IMG/VR virus record: IMGVR_UViG_2874945390_000001
Location: 1 to 13,756 of that record
DNA from: a virus
Lineage: Duplodnaviria; Heunggongvirae; Uroviricota; Caudoviricetes
Reading direction: 5' to 3' (one strand)
Length of the DNA stretch: 13,756 nt
The translations under genes and the position numbers were made by a program. The notes below the pieces were generated by a model. The model was not told where the DNA came from. It made no database searches and worked only from the letters and a program-made list of their open reading frames with translations. Below are positions 1-6,300 of the stretch, piece after piece (within the stretch, counting starts at the first letter, position 1; every line of letters starts with the position of its first letter).

Positions 1-300
1 TTACCGCCGTAAGTGCTCCGGCTTCCTCCACTGGTAAGTATTTTTCGCGCTCTCCCTCCGTTGTTGAGAACGGCGACGATATGCCAGCAACTCAAGGACT
101 CTTGTTCGTATGTTGCGCATATCCACGCCGTTAAGCTCAATACCGTCACGGCGCATCACCTCAGCCACCACACGCGCGTAATTTTCAGCGGTGACGCTGT
201 CCGGCTGCGTGGCCACCTGTTTGCCTGTTGCCTGACAGATTCCGGTAATACGGCGGATTACTTTCAGTAGTTCGGCGTCGGTCATGGTTATGGTTTCCAT
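1..300 (-). CDS. Hypothetical protein, partial (C-terminus beyond window start); first gene downstream of the cos site, so possibly packaging-related
   Basis: ORF is open to the window edge. The ATG at 298-300 has no obvious RBS, but the internal ATG at 283-285 (MTDAELLK...) follows GGAAAC. Position after cosN/cosB matches where lambda places Nu1, but I see no recognisable Nu1 motif. Confidence 0.45.
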   Translation of the reverse strand: METITMTDAELLKVIRRITGICQATGKQVATQPDSVTAENYARVVAEVMRRDGIELNGVDMRNIRTRVLELLAYRRRSQQRRESAKNTYQWRKPEHLRR

Positions 301-454
301 AGTGATGGGGGAACAATTTCTGTAATCTGCGAAGCTGGCGATCGGTCAGACTCAAATGCCTGGCAACTTCAGTCTGAGTAGCCACTGTTCACCTCGCCCA
401 AAAATCTCCCCTCATGCGTTTTAAACATGCATCTTGCGAACAACTTTATGAAAC

Positions 455-640
455 GCGGCATATATGTCCGGTTTGAGTGTTTAATTTTTGCGCATGTCCG
501 GTTCGCAGAAAGCGCATTTCTATATTTTTCAAATGGTTAACCTTCAGAGAAACCGGACATGGTTTCCGAAAAATTTTCATAAATAGTGAAATTCTGCGCC
601 GCTCCCGCCCCGTGGCAGGCCACCCCACCGGAAGGACCCG
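455..640 (-). other. Lambda-type cos site: cosN-like core (about 595-615) plus cosB-like array of three 10-bp repeats and an IHF-like site
   Basis: Minus strand reads ACGGGGCGGGAGCGGCGCAGAATTTCACTATTTATGAAAATTTTTCGG. It aligns without gaps to the lambda left end ACG|GGGCGGCGACCTCGCGGGTTTTCGCTATTTATGAAAATTTTCCGG, with 17 consecutive identical nt (CTATTTATGAAAATTTT). ATGTCCGGTT occurs at 463-472 and 494-503, and inverted (AACCGGACAT) at 551-560. TTCAAATGGTTAA (521-533) resembles the IHF consensus WATCAANNNNTTR. Confidence 0.7.
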
Positions 641-641
641 C

Positions 642-672
642 AAAAAAAAGCCGGATTTCTCCGGCCTTTTCT
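642..672 (-). terminator. Rho-independent terminator ending the late (capsid) operon; partly bidirectional
   Basis: Hairpin GCCGGA-TTTC-TCCGGC (650-665) flanked by A8 (642-649) and CTTTTCT (666-672). On the minus strand the hairpin is followed by U8, directly after the stop of the 672..1085 ORF. Confidence 0.75.
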
Positions 673-1085
673 CAGATGGTTTTCAGTATGCGATCGATTT
701 CGCCGTCATCACCCTGATATCTGCCATCGTATGCCATGCCAGGGCTTACGGCCTGCGGGCTGTGCATGTCCATAAAGTTTTCAAAGGCTGCGGTAAGCTC
801 CGGCGCAACCTTCGGGCGTTCCTGCTCTATGGTCATGTTCAGGATTTCCCGGGCATTATCGACGCTAATACATGGCACGTTTGCCATTGCACGTAACAGC
901 GGCTGATAGTCGTCAGATTCATGAAGCGCCATAATCGCATCAGTGCGCGGCTTGTCCTGCTCTTCCAGTTTGTTAAGTTGATATATAGCCTCGTAGGTTG
1001 ATAAACCTCTGTCCGCCATTGCCCGCGCTTCGGCTTTAAATTTACTCGCCAGCGGTAGCGCCATGATAGCTTCATTGATTGCCAT
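672..1085 (-). CDS. Hypothetical protein (137 aa), last gene of the late operon
   Basis: Intact ORF with a GGGGGA RBS-like stretch upstream of the ATG and a terminator immediately after the stop. No family recognised. Confidence 0.55.
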   Translation of the reverse strand: MAINEAIMALPLASKFKAEARAMADRGLSTYEAIYQLNKLEEQDKPRTDAIMALHESDDYQPLLRAMANVPCISVDNAREILNMTIEQERPKVAPELTAAFENFMDMHSPQAVSPGMAYDGRYQGDDGEIDRILKTI

Positions 1086-1097
1086 CGTTCCCCCTGC

Positions 1098-1445
1098 TTA
1101 TCGCACCAGTGGCTGAACGGATACGCCAGAACCCGCAAAAGCGGCGCATTTTTTCGCGTCGGTGTCGACGCTCTCGGGCCAGTTAACGGCGGCGATATTA
1201 AATATCCCCGTCTTGTAACACTGTGCTGATTTCTGCTTTGACGTGTCCACGGGGTACGCCGTCAGATAAACAGCCTTGCCAGATTCCTGACCATCCCACG
1301 CCTTAAACTCGCCATTGTCCGCCAGCATCAGCGGGGTAAATTCCTGAATAACGCCAGCATCAGCGGAAAAATGTACCAGCGTCGTGGCAACCTGCTGTGT
1401 GCCTGCATATAACTCAACATATGGAGTGCCCATAGAATCTCCCAT
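1098..1445 (-). CDS. Head decoration protein, lambda gpD-like
   Basis: 115 aa. Motifs TPLMLAD...KAWDG...YKTGIF...WPE...AKK.AAFAGSGVSV parallel lambda gpD (TPLMLDT...VAWDG...YKSGTF...WPE...KKRTAFAGTAISIV). The ATG overlaps the capsid gene stop (TAATG). Confidence 0.85.
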   Translation of the reverse strand: MGDSMGTPYVELYAGTQQVATTLVHFSADAGVIQEFTPLMLADNGEFKAWDGQESGKAVYLTAYPVDTSKQKSAQCYKTGIFNIAAVNWPESVDTDAKKCAAFAGSGVSVQPLVR

Positions 1446-2500
1446 TAACCAATTTTCACAGTAACAAATTTGCGGATATCTGCCGGAACCGGCTGCGGTG
1501 CGCTGTGCGTCTGCACGTACTCAATCGCCGGATCGCCGCTCTCAATCCAGTTTTTCGGGTAGTACATGTTTTGCGTTGCGCCCGTTCTTACCGCTTCCGG
1601 ATCCATAATCGCGCCATAGGCCACCAGACCTTTATTGCTGGTGTTGCCCAGGACAAGCAAATCAGGCTCAAGGAAATATTTTTCGGTGCCGTCGCTGTCG
1701 GTGTATTTGCCGGAATAGACGATAAGGGCCAGATCACCCAGATAGCCTTTAAAGCTCACCACTTCGCCCAGGTTTTTACACGCCAGCTCTGCGGCGGATT
1801 CTGAACCACGGGAAAGATCGTACAGCTCGCGGAATTTTTTAAAGCTACGTAAGGTGCGCCATACGTCAGCGCCCATAATCATGACGTTGGCGGGGCAGCT
1901 GGCCTGTTCGGCGTATAGCTCGATGTCATCTGTCGGATCATGCGTCTCTTTATTCTGCTCAGACCATTTTTTTCCTGGCCCCTGATGGACAATGCAGTTT
2001 GCCGGCATATTCCAGTCGATTTCATAGCGTTCTATGCCTTCGCCTTCAATGATGTTTTTTCCGGTCATGACCGCATTCACTGCCAGCCATTCCACACGCG
2101 CTTTAATGGCGTTTATCTGGCGGCGCATGTTGCCAGTAATGAGGCGCATACGTCGCCAGGTGGGGTCGTTAAGCAGTGCCGGATCTTCTCCAGCCATGCG
2201 CATGATGGCTTTTGATGGATCGATTTCGTGTTTGGGTTTCATGTAGCCAGGGCGGATAGTGCTTGTTTCGTACCCTTTATCACGCTGAACCTGGCTACCC
2301 ACCACAGGCGAACAAAACGCCGACATGGTGACTTCTTCAATGTCCAGGGTATCCAGCATGACATCTTGTGTGTTGAAGGTTGCTACTTTCGGGAAAAACA
2401 GCGTGGTAAACAGCGGACTGAATTTAAATTCCGGGATATCCCCGCGATTCAGGTACGCGAAAAGCTGGTTAGTGTTAAGTGCCGTTGCTTTGTCTGCCAT
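1445..2500 (-). CDS. Major capsid protein, lambda gpE family (HK97 fold)
   Basis: 351 aa with collinear matches to lambda gpE: EFKFSPLF, PGYMKPKHE, DPTDDIE, RSFK, SRGS, SFKG, VYSG, VLGNT, YPKNW..GDPA. Its start overlaps the stop of the upstream 68-aa ORF (TAATG), with GGGGGTG upstream. Confidence 0.9.
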   Translation of the reverse strand: MADKATALNTNQLFAYLNRGDIPEFKFSPLFTTLFFPKVATFNTQDVMLDTLDIEEVTMSAFCSPVVGSQVQRDKGYETSTIRPGYMKPKHEIDPSKAIMRMAGEDPALLNDPTWRRMRLITGNMRRQINAIKARVEWLAVNAVMTGKNIIEGEGIERYEIDWNMPANCIVHQGPGKKWSEQNKETHDPTDDIELYAEQASCPANVMIMGADVWRTLRSFKKFRELYDLSRGSESAAELACKNLGEVVSFKGYLGDLALIVYSGKYTDSDGTEKYFLEPDLLVLGNTSNKGLVAYGAIMDPEAVRTGATQNMYYPKNWIESGDPAIEYVQTHSAPQPVPADIRKFVTVKIG

Positions 2501-2706
2501 TATTCACCCCCATGAGTCTGATTCATGCCAAGCGCCGCACGTAAATAGGCGCGTACCTGCCAGCCTGTTGACGGCTCAACCATCGCCAGCGGATCAAGTC
2601 CTGCCGCAATGCCCGCTTTTACGTTCTGCTGGTGGCGTTCCTTGAGCGCCTCCACGATATCGGGGCTTATGTAAACTGTCACCCCGCCTTTTTTCTCTTC
2701 TGTCAT
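2500..2706 (-). CDS. Hypothetical small protein (68 aa), first gene of the late operon, translationally coupled to the capsid gene
   Basis: ATG at 2704-2706 is preceded by GAGGA at about 9 nt. Stop overlaps the capsid ATG. No family recognised. Confidence 0.55.
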   Translation of the reverse strand: MTEEKKGGVTVYISPDIVEALKERHQQNVKAGIAAGLDPLAMVEPSTGWQVRAYLRAALGMNQTHGGE

Positions 2707-2733
2707 AGTCAGAAATTCCTCTTCGACTTAAAA

Positions 2734-2765
2734 AATTATAACTGGATGTACATCCAGTTATAATT
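2734..2765. promoter_or_regulatory. 32-bp perfect palindrome (operator) overlapping the late-operon promoter; CTG-N10-CAG core resembles an SOS/LexA-type box
   Basis: AATTATAACTGGATGTACATCCAGTTATAATT is exactly self-complementary. The core aCTGGatgtacatCCAGt has LexA-like CTG/CAG spacing, but CTGG in both half-sites deviates from CTGT. It overlaps the -10 hexamer and the predicted start site. Confidence 0.55.
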
Positions 2766-2790
2766 ATAATCATAGTTGCATTTTGTGCAA
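2763..2790 (-). promoter_or_regulatory. Sigma70-type promoter of the late (capsid) operon
   Basis: Minus strand reads TTGCAC (2785-2790), 16-nt spacer, TATAAT (2763-2768), about 55 nt upstream of the 68-aa ORF ATG. Confidence 0.5.
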
Positions 2791-2864
2791 TAGAATTGAG
2801 TTGCGTTGCAAATTATGAAATGATTTACGGCAACAGTAGTCACCATGCTGTTAACCTCGTAAGC

Positions 2865-2907
2865 AAAAGCCCGATAAGCTTCCTCCTGTACTTATCGGGC
2901 TTTTTTT
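2865..2907 (+). terminator. Rho-independent terminator on the plus strand with no convincing upstream CDS
   Basis: Stem GCCCGATAAG (2869-2878), 12-nt loop, stem CTTATCGGGC (2891-2900), then T7 (2901-2907). Preceded by AAAA. Confidence 0.6.
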
Positions 2908-2913
2908 GGGTAC

Positions 2914-2935
2914 AAAAAGCCGGATTTTCTCCGGC
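2914..2935 (-). terminator. Rho-independent terminator for the SSB gene
   Basis: A5 (2914-2918) then hairpin GCCGGA-TTTTC-TCCGGC (2919-2935); on the minus strand the hairpin is followed by U5, just after the SSB stop (2944). Same stem as the terminator at 650-665. Confidence 0.65.
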
Positions 2936-2943
2936 CTGTGCGT

Positions 2944-3354
2944 TCAGAACGGAATATCATCACCGTAGGGGTCATCGTCTCCCGCTGGTGGCTGATTACC
3001 CTGTGTGCCTGTGGTTTTGCGTCTGTTCCCGCCAGGGCGTGCCGCTCGGGCACTGATTACGCTGTCGGCAATAACCTGATAACCCTGCCGCGTTTCCCCG
3101 TTCTGTCCGGTCCACTGGCTGACCTGCATCGTGCCGGATACGCTGGCAACGTCGCCTTTTTGATGTTTAGCCAGGAAGTCGGCCTGCTTACCAAATGCCA
3201 TCACCGATAGCCATAACGTCGCCTGTCCGTCCTGTGCCTGGCTGCATGGCAGCGATACCGCCATACGCGCCAGCGTCATCGGTGTGCCCTTGCTGGTCTG
3301 TTTTACCTGCGGGTCGTCCACCAACCGTCCGTAAGCTGCTATCTGTGCTGTCAT
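2944..3354 (-). CDS. ssb: Single-stranded DNA-binding protein (SSB)
   Basis: 136 aa. OB-fold core (LWLSVMAFGKQADFL...KGD.VSVSG...W....G..R) parallels E. coli SSB, with a Gly/Gln-rich linker and the acidic C-terminal tail ...DDDPYGDDIPF (E. coli: DFDDDIPF). RBS GGAGAGGTGG upstream. Confidence 0.9.
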   Translation of the reverse strand: MTAQIAAYGRLVDDPQVKQTSKGTPMTLARMAVSLPCSQAQDGQATLWLSVMAFGKQADFLAKHQKGDVASVSGTMQVSQWTGQNGETRQGYQVIADSVISARAARPGGNRRKTTGTQGNQPPAGDDDPYGDDIPF

Positions 3355-3459
3355 GATTCCACCTCTCCGGTTTTAACGTAAGCGCCCCATCAGCGACGTC
3401 TTGTGAAAATTGTCCTGTCTGGCAACAATCGCGCCCATCTATATAGATGGACACGAACG

Positions 3460-4134
3460 ATGAATTCCCAGACAAAAAAAGATATTCCCTGCTTCCGTTC
3501 TTATTTGCCTGATGCCCTGCGTTTAAGATTTGAAGATAAACTGACCATCCGGGCCATCGCTCAGCGTCTGGGTCTCAGTCATTCCACAATACATACGCTT
3601 TTTCAGCGATTTCTTGCATCCGGTATCGCATGGCCATTGCCCGATTCAGTTTCATTCGCTCAACTTGACGCCATCCTTTATGCCAACAGAAAGAAGGAAT
3701 TAACAGAGCCTCAAATCAGAGAAGGCTCATGGCGAAAAGAACGGCGAACCAGCTATAGCCGTGAATTTAAGGTCCGTCTGGCTAAGCAGGCGTTACAGCC
3801 TGGGGCTGTTGTTGCCCGGATCGCCAGAGAACACGATATCAATAATAACCTGCTGTTTAAATGGAAAAGCCAGTACGAGGACGGCTTACTGAGCGATGAT
3901 GACATACAGGAATGCATGCCTGTCCCGGTGGCACTGACTGATACGCCGGAGCCGACCAGACCAGTTACAAATCCCTTCTGGCGTAACAAGCATGATGAGC
4001 GCCCTGAGGGGGCTCCCGGAAACGTCCCACGGTGCGAGCTGCATCTTAAATCAGGTGTGGTAAAACTGTTTGACCCTCTCACTCCGGAACTGTTACGGGC
4101 GCTAATCCGCGAAATGAAAGGGGGTATCCGATGA
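3460..4134 (+). CDS. tnpA: IS66-family accessory protein TnpA (orf1) with N-terminal HTH extension
   Basis: C-terminal half (SYSREFKVRLAKQALQPGAVVARIAREHDINNNLLFKWKSQYE) is IS66 Orf1-like. The start is ambiguous: GTG at 3403 or ATG at 3460. Confidence 0.7.
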   Translation: MNSQTKKDIPCFRSYLPDALRLRFEDKLTIRAIAQRLGLSHSTIHTLFQRFLASGIAWPLPDSVSFAQLDAILYANRKKELTEPQIREGSWRKERRTSYSREFKVRLAKQALQPGAVVARIAREHDINNNLLFKWKSQYEDGLLSDDDIQECMPVPVALTDTPEPTRPVTNPFWRNKHDERPEGAPGNVPRCELHLKSGVVKLFDPLTPELLRALIREMKGGIR

Positions 4135-4478
4135 TAACGCTGCCGACCGGTACCAAAATCTGGATCATCGCTGGCATCACAGATATGCGTTGTGGCTTCA
4201 ATGGCCTGGCTTCGAAGGTGCAGAACACGCTGAAAGATGACCCGTTCTCCGGGCATATCTTCGTCTTCCGGGGCCGCAGTGGCAAAATGGTGAAAATACT
4301 GTGGGCCGATCGTGACGGGTTATGCCTGTTCGCCAAACGCCTGGAACGGGGCCGCTTCGTCTGGCCGGTGACCCGGGAAGGGAAAGTGCACCTGACGCCA
4401 GCTCAGTTATCCATGCTACTGGAGGGGATCGCGTGGCAACATCCCAAACGGACAGAACGGCCTGGCATCCGGATATAA
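4131..4478 (+). CDS. tnpB: IS66-family TnpB (orf2)
   Basis: 115 aa. MITLPTGTKIWIIAGITDMRCGFNGLA...DPFSGHIFVFRGRSGKMVKILWADRDGLCLFAKRLERGRFVWP matches the conserved IS66 Orf2 signature. Start overlaps the tnpA stop. Confidence 0.9.
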   Translation: MITLPTGTKIWIIAGITDMRCGFNGLASKVQNTLKDDPFSGHIFVFRGRSGKMVKILWADRDGLCLFAKRLERGRFVWPVTREGKVHLTPAQLSMLLEGIAWQHPKRTERPGIRI

Positions 4479-4539
4479 CCCGTGATAAAACAAGGGAATG
4501 AACAATTAACTCCCCGATGATATTGAGCTGCTTAAAGCC

Positions 4540-5972
4540 ATGTTGCGTAAGCAACAGAGTCGGCTTCGACAGTATGCCTGTCAGGTCGCGGGCTATGAGC
4601 AGGAAATTGAACGGCTGAAAGCGCAACTCGACAGGTTGCGTCGTATGTTGTTCGGCCAGAGTTCAGAGAAAAAGCGTCATAAGCTTGAAAATCAGATCCG
4701 ACAGGCAGAAAAACGACTGTCGGAACTGGAAAACCGGCTGAACACAGCCAGAAATCTTCTGGAAGATGCATCGTCAGTCACAGATTCACCTGACACCAGT
4801 CCCCCGTCAGAAAACCCGATCGCCAGTAAGCCTGAATCCCCGGGACGAAAATCTTTACGAAAACCGCTGCCGGCAGAACTTCCCCGGGAGACACATCGCC
4901 TTCTGCCTGCTGAAACCAGTTGCCCGGCCTGTGGAGGTGTTCTGAAAGAAATGGGGGAAACAATCTCAGAGCAACTGGATATCATTAATACCGCCTTTAA
5001 AGTTATCGAAACCATACGTCCCAAACTGGCCTGTAGCCGGTGTGATGTCATCGTTCAGGCACCACTTCCCCCTAAACCGATCGAACGCGGTTATGCCAGT
5101 GCAGGGTTACTTGCACGGATCCTGGTCAGCAAATATATGGAACATATCCCTTTATATCGCCAGTCAGAAATATACGCGCGACAGGGCGTGGAGCTGAGCC
5201 GTAATACCATGGTGCGCTGGGTATCAGAAATGGCAGACAAACTCCGTCCTCTGTATATAGCGCTGAATGACTATGTTCTGGAGGCAGGAAAGGTGCACGC
5301 AGATGACACTCCGGTGAAAGTACTGGCCCCGGGGAACGGAAAGACGAAAACGGGTCGTCTGTGGGTATACGTCAGGGATGATCGTAATGCGGGTTCATCC
5401 CTGCCGGCAGCCGTCTGGTTCGCGTATTCGGCAGATCGCAAAGGAGAACATCCGCAGCTCCACCTGGCAAAGTATCAGGGCGTACTGCACTGCAGGCTGA
5501 TGCCTATGCAGGTTATAACGTACTGTACGAAACGGGCGGGGTGAAGGAAGCCGGGTGCCTGGCCCACGCCCGCCGAAAAATCCATGACGAGGATGTGCGC
5601 CGTCCGACAGAAATGACTCAGGAAGCGCTCAGACGGATAGCAGAGTTATACGACATAGAAGCGGAGATACGTGGCAGTCCGGCAGAGGAACGGCTTGCAG
5701 TCAGAAAAGCCAGAAGCGTCCAGTTGATGCAGTCGTTGTACGACTGGATACAGTTGCAGAGGAAAACGCTGTCGAAACATGCGGAGATGGCGAAGGCGTT
5801 CGACTATATCCTGAATCACTGGAATGCGCTGAACGAGTTCTGTCGTGACGGCTGGGTGGAAATAGACAACAACATCGGTGAAAACGCGTTACGATCGGTG
5901 GCGGTTGGAAGAAAAAATTATCTCTTTTTCGGCTCAGACAAGGGAGGAGAAAGTGCGGCGATCATCTACAGG
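4540..5972 (+). pseudogene. tnpC: IS66-family transposase TnpC (orf3), frameshifted and C-terminally truncated
   Basis: The two ORFs 4540..5544 and 5541..6038 are consecutive parts of one transposase. Tandem CTGCA-CTGCA at 5485-5494 shifts the frame; the other frame restores the conserved ...[22 protein letters not shown]... Similarity is lost after about 5970. Confidence 0.85.
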
Positions 5973-6051
5973 AGTGATTTATTAAATTTTCCTGAAGTGT
6001 GCATGTTTATTTTTACCCCCTCGTTTAAAAAGTTTTGAGTTGTGCCTCCCC

Positions 6052-6286
6052 TTGTCTACCTTATCTACCTTATCTACCTTGCTGGCCCTCATGCCAGTAA
6101 TGGCGCGGCTTTCAGCGGGGTAGAGTGCTTTTATCCACTATCTACCCCGTGTCTACCTCCCTGTCTGATTCAGGTAAAATCAGGTAGAGAGGGTAGATAG
6201 TGGGTAGACAGTAAAAAAAGCTGTCTACCTAACTTAATGTACTGAATTAAATGTATTTTCCTTTACTCAGGTAGACAGGGTAGACA
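6052..6286. repeat. Iteron array: putative replication origin for the adjacent primase/helicase
   Basis: About 12 copies of an 8-9 bp motif in both orientations: TTRTCTACC three times in tandem at 6052-6078, again at 6138-6157 and 6221-6229; GGTAGAGA/GGGTAGATA/GGGTAGACA at 6183-6211 and 6269-6285. AT-rich flanks; lies directly downstream of the primase stop (6301). Confidence 0.65.
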
Positions 6287-6300
6287 GCAATTACAAAAAA

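Larger units (their letters stand above)
3378..5972 (+). mobile_element. IS66-family insertion sequence, defective (tnpC frameshifted, 3' end truncated, no right inverted repeat)
   Basis: Left end begins GTAAGCGCCCC at 3378, 24 bp upstream of the SSB start codon. Gene order is tnpA-tnpB-tnpC with ATGA overlap between tnpA and tnpB. Similarity to TnpC stops after ...SAAIIY at about 5970, and no CGCTTAC-type right end is present. Confidence 0.8.

Noticed and set aside
477-896. Plus-strand 139-aa ORF spanning the cos region and the 3' end of the 137-aa gene
   Set aside because: It runs through the terminator hairpin and the cos repeats and is antisense to a better-supported gene, with no RBS. 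Treated as spurious.
2734-2765. Calling the palindrome a definite LexA box
   Set aside because: Spacing fits, but both half-sites are CTGG rather than CTGT and the symmetry extends to 32 bp. A dedicated element-encoded repressor is equally plausible, so it is kept as a candidate only.
2796-3056. Plus-strand 86-aa ORF and other ORFs antisense to ssb (2938..3210, 3188..3475)
   Set aside because: They traverse two terminator hairpins or lie antisense to the well-supported SSB gene.
6052-6286. Iteron array considered as a possible CRISPR array
   Set aside because: Repeats are only 8-9 bp, occur in both orientations with irregular spacing, and have no spacer structure or nearby cas genes.
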